Shown: positions 35,075-43,873 of the stretch, in pieces
Position numbering within the stretch: the stretch's first letter is position 1
Layout: every line of letters begins with the position of its first letter
NCBI GenBank assembly: GCA_030037645.1
Contig: JASHQI010000120.1
Coordinates: 7,674 to 71,673 of the forward strand
Length of the DNA: 64,000 nt
From: Xanthobacteraceae bacterium
GTDB taxonomy: Bacteria > Pseudomonadota > Alphaproteobacteria > Rhizobiales > Xanthobacteraceae
Direction: 5' to 3'
Notes under the pieces: model-generated
Database searches by the model: none
What the model was told of the DNA's origin: nothing
The model's input: the letters and a program-made list of their open reading frames with translations, nothing else
Made by a program: the position numbers and the translations under genes

Positions 35075-36136
35075 TCACGGCCCGTCGCTGAGAAGTTGGG
35101 TCGCAAGCTGGGACCACTTCTCGAAATCACGCTGGAAATGCGGCCGCGACCCAAGATAGAGCTTGTCCTTGGGGTCATCGGGCATGGCGAGACCGTTACG
35201 CCGGGACGTGTAGCCGAGATCGTAGCGGTAGATTTTCTGCGCCTGTTCGGAAAGCATGAAGTCGGTGAAGAGCGTCGCGGCGTAGGGATGCGGTGCGCGG
35301 GCGGCGATTGCCACCGCGCTGACGCTCGCGAACGACGGCCCGATCGCGCGCCACGCCACCGGCGCTCCATCCCTGGCGCTGGCAAAAATGTGTGAGCGGC
35401 GTGCATTGATAACAAGCGGCGCTTCTCCCGAAACGATGAGATTTGCAACGGCACGGCCGCCCATGTTGTAGACTGTGGGTTTCTGCGCGACGACTTTGCG
35501 CAGAAAATCTTCGCCCTCGCTGAGCAACAGCGTGCCAACCCAAGTGGCAAGCGCCGCCTCACCACCGTAAAGCCCGAGGCGCCCGCGCCAAGCCGGCGAT
35601 AACAGATCGGCGTTGGTCTTTGGCGCCCGGCCTGGATCGATGACCTTGGTGTTGAAACCGAGCGAAATCACGTCCTCGCGCATCACGACCCAATGCTGGT
35701 TCGGCTCGATCGCGTCCGGCGGATAGTTTTTCAATTCCGGCGACCAAAAAGTCGCCAGCGCCCCGGCATCGCGGAGCGGCGCAAGCCCGTAATCATTCAA
35801 TTCAAAGGCGTCGACCGTCGTCACGCCGGCGCCGTATTCGTCCAGGACGCGTCGCGTGATGTCGGGCGTATCGGCCTTGTAGGTCTGCACAGCGATAAAG
35901 GGATACTTCTTGCGGAATGCCGCGAGCAGCGGGTCTATCTGCGCGCCGACCGTATAGATCGTGAGCTGACCTTCGCGGCGGGCACCCTGCTCAAGGAAAC
36001 TGGCACGGTCGGAGCCCTGATAGGTGGCAATTTTTTCGACGTCCGCCGGAGTCGCCGCGCGGGCTGCATTCACGGCCGCCAACAGGCAGAGAGGCAAAAC
36101 GAAGTTGATCAGTCTCGAAGGCACTCGGATGGTCAT
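35075..36136 (-). CDS. Periplasmic solute-binding protein (family-1, Fe3+-type)
   Basis: The start MTIRVPSRLINFVLPLCLLAAVNAARA (signal peptide) follows AGGAAGGGA. It is convergent with the permease, with 3 nt between stops. Confidence 0.75.
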   Translation of the reverse strand: MTIRVPSRLINFVLPLCLLAAVNAARAATPADVEKIATYQGSDRASFLEQGARREGQLTIYTVGAQIDPLLAAFRKKYPFIAVQTYKADTPDITRRVLDEYGAGVTTVDAFELNDYGLAPLRDAGALATFWSPELKNYPPDAIEPNQHWVVMREDVISLGFNTKVIDPGRAPKTNADLLSPAWRGRLGLYGGEAALATWVGTLLLSEGEDFLRKVVAQKPTVYNMGGRAVANLIVSGEAPLVINARRSHIFASARDGAPVAWRAIGPSFASVSAVAIAARAPHPYAATLFTDFMLSEQAQKIYRYDLGYTSRRNGLAMPDDPKDKLYLGSRPHFQRDFEKWSQLATQLLSDGP

Positions 36137-36249
36137 TGTCCCTTCCTGCTCATAAGTTCGGCTGGCCGAGGACTGCCACAGGCCGACGCCATGGGCGATC
36201 CACATCGGACGCCCCGACAAGCCAGTCCCGACAATAACGATAAAGGAGT

Positions 36250-36326
36250 TGGTAGCGGAGGACGGATTTGAACCGCCGACACACGGATTATGATTCCGCT
36301 GCTCTAACCAGCTGAGCTACTCCGCC
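36250..36326 (-). tRNA. tRNA with anticodon CAT (elongator Met by default; a lysidine-type Ile2 cannot be excluded)
   Basis: The reverse complement folds as a 77-nt cloverleaf: GGCGGAG TA GCTC AGCTGGTTA GAGC A GCGGA ATCATAA TCCGT GTGTC GGCGG TTCAAAT CCGTC CTCCGCT A CCA. CCA is encoded. Position 1-72 is a G-U pair, so it is not an initiator type. Confidence 0.9.
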
Positions 36327-36474
36327 ATCGCAAACCGGTCCGGCCGTGAGAAGCGGCCGTATTCACCGGCAAAATTGGCAAAATCATCGCCAAGCGGGCG
36401 AGATTTAGGGTAGTTCACCATCATTTCCAAGAGGCTAAATTTGCGACCGCCCTGACCTGTGCGGCGTTTCGGAT

Positions 36475-37158
36475 TTACGGCGCCAGGCTGGCCGCCGCGA
36501 AATCGTCGCTCGCCGGACGGCCGAGGCGCGCAAACCGAATGAGTGAAAATTGACCGAGCGGCGGCATGGTGCGCCGTTCGACGACGCGCACGCCGCCGTG
36601 GCGGACAACCCAGCTCATAAGCCGTTCCCAGCGGAACTCCGGCCGCCAGCCGAGACGGCGCGCCAGCGGCGCAAACCATCTTTCGAAGGCCGATCGCAGG
36701 CCGGACTCGGCGCCGAGATAATTCACCAGAATGATTTCGCCGCCGGGCTTGAGCACGCGCGCGAACTCGTCGAGCGTCGCCTCAGGGTTGGGCACCGCGG
36801 TGATCACGTATTGTGCGACGACGACGTCGAATACCGCATCTTGGAATCCGAGATGCTCGGCATCCATGACCGCAAGGCCATCGACATTGGTGAGTCGATG
36901 CTCCTTCACGCGCGCCTTGGCTTTGCGCAGCATCGGCACCGATAGATCGATCCCGATGATGCGATTGATCCAACCATAGTCGGGCAGCGACAGGCCGGTG
37001 CCGACCCCGACTTCGAGGATACGGCCGCCGACGCGCTCGGCCGCCGCAATCGACGCCTTACGTCCCCGTTCGAACACCGGACCGAAAACGAGATCGTAGA
37101 TCGGTGCCCAACGGGCATACGCCTTCTCGACTGCGTCCTTGTTGAGTTCCGCCGCCAT
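36475..37158 (-). CDS. Class I SAM-dependent methyltransferase (UbiE/Rhodobacter-type phospholipid N-methyltransferase-like)
   Basis: Contains AYARWAPIYDLVFG and the SAM motif ILEVGVGTG. The start is taken at MAAELNK; the ORF is open to 37230. Confidence 0.7.
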   Translation of the reverse strand: MAAELNKDAVEKAYARWAPIYDLVFGPVFERGRKASIAAAERVGGRILEVGVGTGLSLPDYGWINRIIGIDLSVPMLRKAKARVKEHRLTNVDGLAVMDAEHLGFQDAVFDVVVAQYVITAVPNPEATLDEFARVLKPGGEIILVNYLGAESGLRSAFERWFAPLARRLGWRPEFRWERLMSWVVRHGGVRVVERRTMPPLGQFSLIRFARLGRPASDDFAAASLAP

Positions 37159-37272
37159 CGCATCTTGCCTGTCATACGCCGCGGAAAAGTCAAAGCATGA
37201 TCGGACATGACCGGCCCGCACATGATCCACGTTGGATGCCGGTCTTTTGGCTAAGGATCATGCTCCCTGTAT

Positions 37273-38454
37273 CTAGCGCGCAGCAACCATGGGGGCGCCG
37301 GCTGAGCGTTTTGAATTCTCGGCGGCAATTGTGCTTGCGATGATGCCGCCGCCCAGCACGCGCGCCTGGCCTTCCGGTGCGTCGTAGAAAACGCATGCTT
37401 GACCAGGGGAGACACCGTCTTCACTTGCGATCAACTCAATCTCGATGCCGGCCGAGCCGCGGCGCAACCAGGCTGGCTGCGGCGGCCGCGTCGAGCGGAC
37501 TTTGACATAAATTTCGGGGCTACACTCCAACGCGCGTTCGATAGTGCCGTCGCCAATCCAGTTGATCTCGCGCAGTCGAATACGCCCCGTGCGCAGCGCC
37601 TCACGCGGGCCGACCACAACGCGATGCGAGCCGGCCTCAAGGCGGACCACGTAGAGCGGAGTGCCGGTGGCAATGCCGAGGCCGCGCCGTTGGCCGACCG
37701 TAAAGTGGATGATCCCGTCGTGATGACCGAGCACGCGGCCGTCGAGATCGACGATCTCGCCCGCGCCGGCGGCGCCCGGGCGCAGGCGCTCGATGATCTC
37801 GGCATAGTGTCCAGTCGGCACGAAGCAAATATCCTGACTGTCCTGCTTATCCGCGACGGACAGACCAAAGCGGCGAGCGAGCGCTCGCGTCTCCGCCTTG
37901 GTGCGGTCGCCTAGCGGAAAACGCAAAAGCTCAAGTTGCGCGCGCGTCGTGCCGAACAGGAAATAGCTCTGATCGCGCTCGGTCTCCCGCGCGCGGTAGA
38001 GCGCGCGACCATCGACCGGCAGCGCGCGCGAAGCCACATAGTGGCCCGTCGCCAATACCTTCGCGCCAAGCTCGCGCGCGGTTTCGAGCAGGTCGCGGAA
38101 CTTAATCGACTGATTGCATTCCACACACGGCACCGGAGTCTCGCCGGCAACGTAGCTCTCGGCAAACCGATCGATCACGGCCTCCTTGAAGCGACTTTCG
38201 TAATCGAGCACGTAATGCGGAATCCCGATGCGCTCAGCGACGGCCCGAGCGTCATGAATGTCGCGACCGGCACAGCAAGCGCCCTTGCGGTGCGTCGCAG
38301 CGCCGTGATCGTAGAGCTGAAGCGTGATGCCGATGACGTCATAACCGGCGTCGGCGAGCAGCGCAGCGGTGACCGAGGAGTCGACGCCTCCCGACATGGC
38401 GACGACAACGCGTGTGTCGGCAGGGCAGCCCCCGATGTCGAAATCGTTCTGCAT
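37273..38454 (-). CDS. mnmA: tRNA 2-thiouridine(34) synthase
   Basis: PP-loop [12 protein letters not shown] and the conserved …ICFVP… segment. The ATG at 38454 gives a typical N-terminal length. Confidence 0.9.
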   Translation of the reverse strand: MQNDFDIGGCPADTRVVVAMSGGVDSSVTAALLADAGYDVIGITLQLYDHGAATHRKGACCAGRDIHDARAVAERIGIPHYVLDYESRFKEAVIDRFAESYVAGETPVPCVECNQSIKFRDLLETARELGAKVLATGHYVASRALPVDGRALYRARETERDQSYFLFGTTRAQLELLRFPLGDRTKAETRALARRFGLSVADKQDSQDICFVPTGHYAEIIERLRPGAAGAGEIVDLDGRVLGHHDGIIHFTVGQRRGLGIATGTPLYVVRLEAGSHRVVVGPREALRTGRIRLREINWIGDGTIERALECSPEIYVKVRSTRPPQPAWLRRGSAGIEIELIASEDGVSPGQACVFYDAPEGQARVLGGGIIASTIAAENSKRSAGAPMVAAR

Positions 38455-38593
38455 GGCTATACGGCCGTAATCCCTCCTGGCGGCCAATCGCGCGAGCCCG
38501 AGTGGATGCGATTATCGTCATTACTATATGCGCCGCTGTCTTGCTGCGCCATGGCGAGGGTTTGCAGCGACGTCTCCCCTGGCGGCGGGAATG

Positions 38594-38608
38594 CGGCAGA
38601 AATTGCCG
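38594..38608. promoter_or_regulatory. Perfect dyad CGGCA-N5-TGCCG. Candidate FlbD/NtrC-type enhancer (ftr-like)
   Basis: Read directly from the sequence. Its centre is about 93 nt upstream of the GG of the sigma-54 -24 element. Confidence 0.4.
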
Positions 38609-38692
38609 GCCGGGCGCAACTCCTGCCGCGTTCGGATTCTGCGAGGCGGGCTTAAGATATTGAATTAACGCAATTTGCCGCATCCGCCGCGC

Positions 38693-38708
38693 TGGCCCAG
38701 CGGTTGCA
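38693..38708 (+). promoter_or_regulatory. Sigma-54 (-24/-12) promoter TGGCCC-N5-TTGCA upstream of fliK
   Basis: The GG-N10-GC spacing is exact against the consensus TGGCAC-N5-TTGCA. It lies about 40-50 nt upstream of the fliK start candidates (38747/38756). Confidence 0.6.
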
Positions 38709-38755
38709 GGAAAGGAGCCGCGTTGGATCGATTTAGGGGTTCCACGGTGTCGAGT

Positions 38756-40579
38756 ATGTCAAGTGTAGCGTCAGATTTCAGTGTCGTGCCGTCAATCCAA
38801 TCCTCGTCGTGGCTGCCGCCGTCCTCGACCACGCAGGAAAGCGATACCCCGCCATTCGCAGCACTGCTCGACGCGACCATGTCCAACCCGGACGCGACAA
38901 ACACAATCCCGTGGACGGAGCAAGTCCTCGCAGAGCTGCCCGCATCGATGAATCAGGCGGCAGCCGAAGCCGCGTTTCACGGTTACAACTCAACCAACTT
39001 GACGCAAAATGCCAATGGATCCCTCGACGCGGCCAATAGCACCAATGCAACATCGAACGCGCAACCGCCTTCCGGCCTCCCTGACGCGACATCGCACCTA
39101 ACGCCCGATCAGAACGGGATTGCGGCACCCGACTCAAAGATAGACTCGAGTGCGAGTGAAAATACGACCCAAGCCGGACAAGCGGTCTCCGAGCTGGCGC
39201 ACAGCGCGGCGGCACTTCAAGCCAAGGAAGCCGTGAAAACGCCGGTCCATGCGCCGACGCGCAGCAATGCGACCTCGACTGCGGATCAGATCGCCAAGAC
39301 GCCGGCCGATGGAGCGAACGGCGCGAATGCGGCCCCGAACGCTTCGCCGGCCACAAAGTCGTCCGGCGACACGACGGACGACGCGAACGCATCGCCAAGC
39401 GCCACGGTCGACGGCGCAGCCGGCTCCGACGCTACCGCTGCCGATAGCATCGCAATCACGGCGGCTGTCCAAGCGCCGGCGCCCGGCTCGACCGACGCTG
39501 CTCCCGGCTCTGCTACGCCCGATCCAAGGACAAAAGCGAACACAAACGGCCGCGACGGCAATCGCACCGACGCGAGCAACGGCGCGACCAATGCCGGTGT
39601 CGCCACCGGCCAGGCGCTGCCCATTGCTGCTGCGCTTGTCCTCAATGCCCCGATCGATACGCCGCCGCCGGCCGGCAATTCCGGAGCATCATCAACCGCA
39701 GCAATCGGGCAGTCGACCAAAACCCGGGTCAAGACCGCCCTGCCACTCTCTGGCGATCAAGATGCTCCCGCGACGCCGGACACCAAAGATGCTGGCTCAA
39801 CGAAACAGGCAGCCTCGACCAGCGGCGCCGACGCGAGCACGAATAGCAACTCCGCATCGTCCAACGGCCCCGCTGCTGCGCCGGCGGCGAACAACAGCTC
39901 GGCCCCGCAAGCGCAACCCGGCAATAATCCCAGCGTGCAGGCGCAAAGCGGCGCAAATGCTCCGGCGGACAGCGGTCACGCTGCGCCCGCGGCGGGCGCG
40001 CTTGCCATTTTGACGACAGCCGATGGCTCATCATCAAGTACCCAGACCGGATCAAGTGCCGCCGGCGCGACCACCAATGGCGTGCCGAACTTCGGCTTCT
40101 CCATGCCAAATCTGAATGGGACCTCGGCGGCAGCAGCCACGCCCAGCGCGGCGCCTGCGGCCGCCGTTTCGGTTGCCGGTCTTGCAGTTGCAATTGCGGC
40201 GCGCGCGCAGGCCGGCTCCAATCAATTCGACATCCGGCTCGATCCCCCCGAGCTCGGCCGGATCGACGTGCACCTCGACGTGGACCGCAACGGCCAAGTG
40301 ACGTCCCACGTCACGGTCGATCGCGCAGATACGTTACAGCTCCTGCAAAACCAGCAACCGCAGCTTGAACGCGCGCTGGAACAGGCCGGGCTCAAGACCG
40401 CCGACAATGGGCTGCAGTTCACGCTGCGCGATCAATCCTTCGCCGGGCAGAACAACGGTGGCGGTACGCAGCAAAACACCGCGAATCTTGTCATTCCCGA
40501 CGCCGATCTGCCCGCCGTTCAATCGACGCGGATTTACAACCGCTTCGGACTTGGCAGCGGCGTCGATATCCGCGTGTAA
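38756..40579 (+). CDS. fliK: Flagellar hook-length control protein
   Basis: Long low-complexity Ala/Ser/Thr/Pro/Asn region followed by a FliK C-terminal domain (FDIRLDPPELGRIDVHLDVDRNGQVTSHVTVDRADTLQLLQ…). The exact start is uncertain (38675, 38747 or 38756). Confidence 0.8.
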   Translation: MSSVASDFSVVPSIQSSSWLPPSSTTQESDTPPFAALLDATMSNPDATNTIPWTEQVLAELPASMNQAAAEAAFHGYNSTNLTQNANGSLDAANSTNATSNAQPPSGLPDATSHLTPDQNGIAAPDSKIDSSASENTTQAGQAVSELAHSAAALQAKEAVKTPVHAPTRSNATSTADQIAKTPADGANGANAAPNASPATKSSGDTTDDANASPSATVDGAAGSDATAADSIAITAAVQAPAPGSTDAAPGSATPDPRTKANTNGRDGNRTDASNGATNAGVATGQALPIAAALVLNAPIDTPPPAGNSGASSTAAIGQSTKTRVKTALPLSGDQDAPATPDTKDAGSTKQAASTSGADASTNSNSASSNGPAAAPAANNSSAPQAQPGNNPSVQAQSGANAPADSGHAAPAAGALAILTTADGSSSSTQTGSSAAGATTNGVPNFGFSMPNLNGTSAAAATPSAAPAAAVSVAGLAVAIAARAQAGSNQFDIRLDPPELGRIDVHLDVDRNGQVTSHVTVDRADTLQLLQNQQPQLERALEQAGLKTADNGLQFTLRDQSFAGQNNGGGTQQNTANLVIPDADLPAVQSTRIYNRFGLGSGVDIRV

Positions 40580-40603
40580 CCCGCAAATGTGTGAGGTTGG
40601 ACC

Positions 40604-41401
40604 ATGACGACCACGACCACGCCGATCAATTCCACCGCAACCGGTGTTGCCACTACGTCGAATTCGTCCAGTCTCGCCAATGCCGCTCAGTCCGTCGGTT
40701 CCCAGCAAATCGCCGGCAATTTCGACGAGTTTCTGCAACTCCTGACGACGCAATTGCAGAATCAGGATCCGCTCGACCCGCTCGATACCAATCAGTTCAC
40801 TCAACAGCTCGTTGAGTTCGCATCCGTTCAACAACAGATGGACACCAACACCAACATGCAGACGCTGATTACATTGCAACAGGCGTCGGAAGCGACCGCC
40901 GCGATGCAATTTCTCGGCAGCACCGTTACGGTCAGCGGCAATACGGCGACGCTTTCCGGCTCGAGCCCGGCAACCTGGAACATTTCCTCGCCGTCGCCGG
41001 CCACCGGGACTGTTACGATCAGCAATTCGAGCGGCCAGACAGCCTATACCGGCACTATTTCGCTGAGCTCCGGATCCAACAGCTTTAGCTGGAGCGGCCA
41101 GGGCAACAATGGCACGACCTGGCCGGCCGGCACCTACACGCTGGCGGTCAACGCGACCGGGGCTAATGGCCAAGTCGTTACGACCACGAACCAAGTGCAA
41201 GGAGTCGTGAGCGGCGTCAATCTCAGCACAAGCCCGCCGCAACTGATGATCGGCGGACAGAGCTATGCCATAAGCGCGATCCAATCGATCAGCAGCTCCG
41301 GCCTCAGCAGCCTCAGCAGTGGTCTGAGCAGTCTCAGCAGCCTTGGTAGTAACCTGAGCAGTTTGAACAGTAGTCTGAGCGCTCTGACCCAAATCCTGTA
41401 G
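40604..41401 (+). CDS. flgD: Flagellar hook capping/assembly protein
   Basis: Contains the FlgD N-terminal motif FDEFLQLLTTQLQNQDPLDPLDTNQFTQQLVEFASVQQ. Confidence 0.85.
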   Translation: MTTTTTPINSTATGVATTSNSSSLANAAQSVGSQQIAGNFDEFLQLLTTQLQNQDPLDPLDTNQFTQQLVEFASVQQQMDTNTNMQTLITLQQASEATAAMQFLGSTVTVSGNTATLSGSSPATWNISSPSPATGTVTISNSSGQTAYTGTISLSSGSNSFSWSGQGNNGTTWPAGTYTLAVNATGANGQVVTTTNQVQGVVSGVNLSTSPPQLMIGGQSYAISAIQSISSSGLSSLSSGLSSLSSLGSNLSSLNSSLSALTQIL

Positions 41402-41531
41402 CAATTACCGGCTTACCGCCCGGAGCACGCCCCTGGTCCAGGCTTCTCGACGCTTATGTGCGCGCTGGCGCTGCAAAATCGAAACTCCACACCGCGCTTA
41501 TTCGACCGTTGCAGCCAATTGCCTCCGGCGC

Positions 41532-41546
41532 TTAGGCAAATCTTAA
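41532..41546. promoter_or_regulatory. Near-consensus CtrA box TTAG-N7-TTAA upstream of the sciP-like gene
   Basis: One mismatch to TTAA-N7-TTAA. It lies 55-69 nt upstream of the ATG at 41601. Confidence 0.35.
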
Positions 41547-41600
41547 GCGGCCATGCGTAATGTCGCGGCCTGTGCTGTTGTCGAGTTCGTGAGAGTTGCT

Positions 41601-41876
41601 ATGACCGAAGCCCATCGCCCGAGGGTCAAGTACGTCATCGGGCCTGACGGCTCGCCTCTGACTATTGCGGATTTGCCTGCGCCGGGAACAAAACGTTGGG
41701 TCATTCGGCGCAAGGCGGAAGTGGTTGCCGCAGTTCGCGGCGGTCTGCTTTCGCTCGAAGAGGCGTGCAGCCGCTACACGCTGACAGTCGAGGAATTCCT
41801 GTCCTGGCAATATTCCATCGACCAGCACGGCCTCGCCGGCCTGCGCACGACGCGCATTCAGCAATATCGTCAGTAA
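41601..41876 (+). CDS. sciP: DUF1153 helix-turn-helix protein, SciP-like (small CtrA inhibitory protein)
   Basis: 91 aa: MTEAHRPRVKYVIGPDGSPLTIADLPAPGTKRWVIRRKAEVVAAVRGGLLSLEEACSRYTLTVEEFLSWQ…GLAGLRTTR. It sits between flgD and fliF, as I recall for Caulobacter sciP. Confidence 0.6.
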   Translation: MTEAHRPRVKYVIGPDGSPLTIADLPAPGTKRWVIRRKAEVVAAVRGGLLSLEEACSRYTLTVEEFLSWQYSIDQHGLAGLRTTRIQQYRQ

Positions 41877-41909
41877 CGCGAGCTTAATCGATCTTACCAA
41901 ATCGCCAAC

Positions 41910-41933
41910 GCCGGTTGCACGACCGGCTTTTTG
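41910..41933 (+). terminator. Weak rho-independent terminator (GCCGGT-N6-ACCGGC followed by TTTTTG) after the sciP-like gene
   Basis: Hairpin and T-tract read directly from the sequence. The stem is only 6 bp. Confidence 0.4.
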
Positions 41934-42109
41934 ATTCTGGCCGCTCGCCTATTCTCCGTTCATTCCGCCGCAGCACGAATATAGTCCTGGCGCCCAGTGC
42001 CGGCTCATCGGCTTCTGCGCGGACCAGCAGACCCAGCGGGACCCGGCATCGGTGAACCATGAAGCGCGACGGTGACAGTTCGCGACTTTGTGCGCGTCAA
42101 TCGCCCTTA

Positions 42110-42125
42110 TTAACCGGGCGCTAAC
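42110..42125. promoter_or_regulatory. Near-consensus CtrA box TTAA-N7-CTAAC upstream of fliF
   Basis: One mismatch to TTAA-N7-TTAAC. It lies about 65-75 nt upstream of the GTG at 42188. Confidence 0.4.
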
Positions 42126-42133
42126 CATCCACC

Positions 42134-42148
42134 GGGCAATTCTTGCCG
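42134..42148. promoter_or_regulatory. Imperfect dyad GGGCA-N5-TGCCG (ftr-like) between the CtrA box and the fliF start
   Basis: Same GGCA-N5-TGCC core as the dyad at 38594. Its position resembles the FlbD repressor site described in the Caulobacter fliF promoter (from memory). Confidence 0.3.
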
Positions 42149-42187
42149 ACTAGGACGCGTTGCGTCGTCCGCGAGGGGTGCAGCCCG

Positions 42188-43861
42188 GTGCAAGGCCTGG
42201 TGGAGTTTGTCAAAACGCTCGGCGCCCCGCGCATTGCTGCGATGGGCGCGGTCACCATCGCGCTGGTCGGCTTTTTCGCCTTCCTCATAGTGCGCGTGAC
42301 CGCGCCGCAGATGGCGCCGCTCTTCACCGATCTCACATTCGACGATTCAGCCGCCATCGTGAAGGAACTCGAACGCGAGGCCGTCCCCTACGAATTGCGA
42401 GACGGCGACAGCATCGTCCTGGTCCCGACGGACCGCGTCGCACGGTTGCGGATGACGCTCGCGGAGAGCGGGCTGCCCAAAGGTGGCGGCGTGGGATACG
42501 AGATCTTCGATAAAACGGACGCGCTCGGCACGACGAGCTTCGTGGAGAACATCGACAAGGTGCGCGCATTGGAAGGCGAACTGGCGCGCACGATCCGTTC
42601 GCTCGATCAGGTCGAGGATGCGCGCGTCCATCTCGTACTGCCCGATCGTCCGCTATTCTCGCGTGACAGAGTCGATGCCTCCGCGTCGATTGTGCTCAAG
42701 GTGCGCGGCACGCTCGAGCCGGGACAAGTACGCGCCATTCGCCACCTGGTGGCAACGGCCGTCAGTGGCTTGCGGCCCCAGCGCATATCGATCGTCGACG
42801 AACGCGGTCAATTGCTGGCCGACGGCGCCGGCGACGATCCGAATGGCGGCGACACCAGCTCCGATGAACGACAGGCTGCTTTTGAGAAGCGCCTGCGCGA
42901 CCAGGTCGAAGCGATCGTCGATTCCGTCGTTGGCCCCGGGCACGCGCAAGTTCAGGTTAGCGCCGACTTCGATTTCAATCGCATCACCCAGACCTCGGAC
43001 AAATTCGATCCCGACGGTCGCGTGGTTCGTTCGAGCCAAACGCGGGAGGAAACTTCCGCAACGACCGATCCCAAAGATAATCAAGTGACGGTCGGCAATG
43101 AAATACCCGGCGGCGCCCAGCAGCAACCGGCCGGTGGCGCGCAGGCAAACGCTTCGCCGCGCGACCAAAGCCGGAAATCGGAGGAAATCGTCAATTATGA
43201 AATCTCCAAGACCACCAAGACCGAGGTGGTCGAGGGCGCCCGCCTCAACCGCGTTTCGGTCGCCGTGCTCGTCGATGGAACGTACAGCAAAAACGACAAG
43301 GGCGAGCTGACCTACAAGCCACGCAGCAAAGAGGAAATCGATCAGATCGCGACACTGGTCCGCACGGCGATCGGCTTCGATCAGAAGCGCGGCGACCAGG
43401 TCGAAGTCGTCAATCTGCCCTTTGCCGAAACGCCGGGCAATCCAATCGCCCGACCAACCGGTTGGTTTTCGTCATTAGCTTTCACCAAAGACGACATCAT
43501 GCGCGCCATCGAGATGGTGGTGATGGGCGTGCTTGGTCTCGTCGTGCTCCTGTTCGTGGTGAGGCCGTTGGTTCGACGCATCATTACCCCCGACGAGCGC
43601 GAGCCCACGGCATTGCCGATGGCGGCAGCAGGAATGGGCGACGCGCCGCCTCCAATGGAGACGGTGAGCATCCCCGCTCCGATGCCAAGTATCGAAGTGA
43701 AGAGCGAGCCGAATCAAACCTCGAAGATGATCGACCTCGCCCAGGTCCAGGGCCAAGTCCACGCCCAGTCGGTCCAGAAGGTCGGCGATATTGCCGACAA
43801 GAATCCGCGTGAAACCGTCTCAATCATTCGCCAATGGCTGCAAGAGAGCGCCACCGCCTGA
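42188..43861 (+). CDS. fliF: Flagellar M-ring protein
   Basis: The GTG at 42188 follows GAGGGG. The sequence is VQGLVEFVKTLGAPRIAAMGAVT…, a typical FliF with two TM segments. The ORF is open from a TTG at 42143. Confidence 0.9.
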   Translation: MQGLVEFVKTLGAPRIAAMGAVTIALVGFFAFLIVRVTAPQMAPLFTDLTFDDSAAIVKELEREAVPYELRDGDSIVLVPTDRVARLRMTLAESGLPKGGGVGYEIFDKTDALGTTSFVENIDKVRALEGELARTIRSLDQVEDARVHLVLPDRPLFSRDRVDASASIVLKVRGTLEPGQVRAIRHLVATAVSGLRPQRISIVDERGQLLADGAGDDPNGGDTSSDERQAAFEKRLRDQVEAIVDSVVGPGHAQVQVSADFDFNRITQTSDKFDPDGRVVRSSQTREETSATTDPKDNQVTVGNEIPGGAQQQPAGGAQANASPRDQSRKSEEIVNYEISKTTKTEVVEGARLNRVSVAVLVDGTYSKNDKGELTYKPRSKEEIDQIATLVRTAIGFDQKRGDQVEVVNLPFAETPGNPIARPTGWFSSLAFTKDDIMRAIEMVVMGVLGLVVLLFVVRPLVRRIITPDEREPTALPMAAAGMGDAPPPMETVSIPAPMPSIEVKSEPNQTSKMIDLAQVQGQVHAQSVQKVGDIADKNPRETVSIIRQWLQESATA

Positions 43862-43873
43862 TCGATCAGCTTC

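Noticed and set aside
36250-36326. tRNA (CAT) as an integration hotspot or genomic-island border
   Set aside because: I found no integrase, excisionase, phage genes or duplicated tRNA 3'-end direct repeat in the flanking 5 kb on either side.
38652-38669. TTAA-N9-TTAAC upstream of fliK as a CtrA box
   Set aside because: The spacer is 9 nt, not 7. CtrA half-site phasing would be wrong. The sigma-54 promoter downstream better explains fliK control.
38675-38755. Upstream TTG start (38675) for fliK
   Set aside because: That start would place the predicted sigma-54 promoter inside the coding sequence. ATG 38756 or GTG 38747 downstream of the promoter is more consistent, though unverified.
41553-41600. 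Upstream ATG (41553) for the sciP-like gene
   Set aside because: It would add a 16-aa hydrophobic or odd extension (MRNVAACAVVEFVRVA) and start 7 nt after the CtrA-like box. The ATG at 41601 gives the compact DUF1153-like length.
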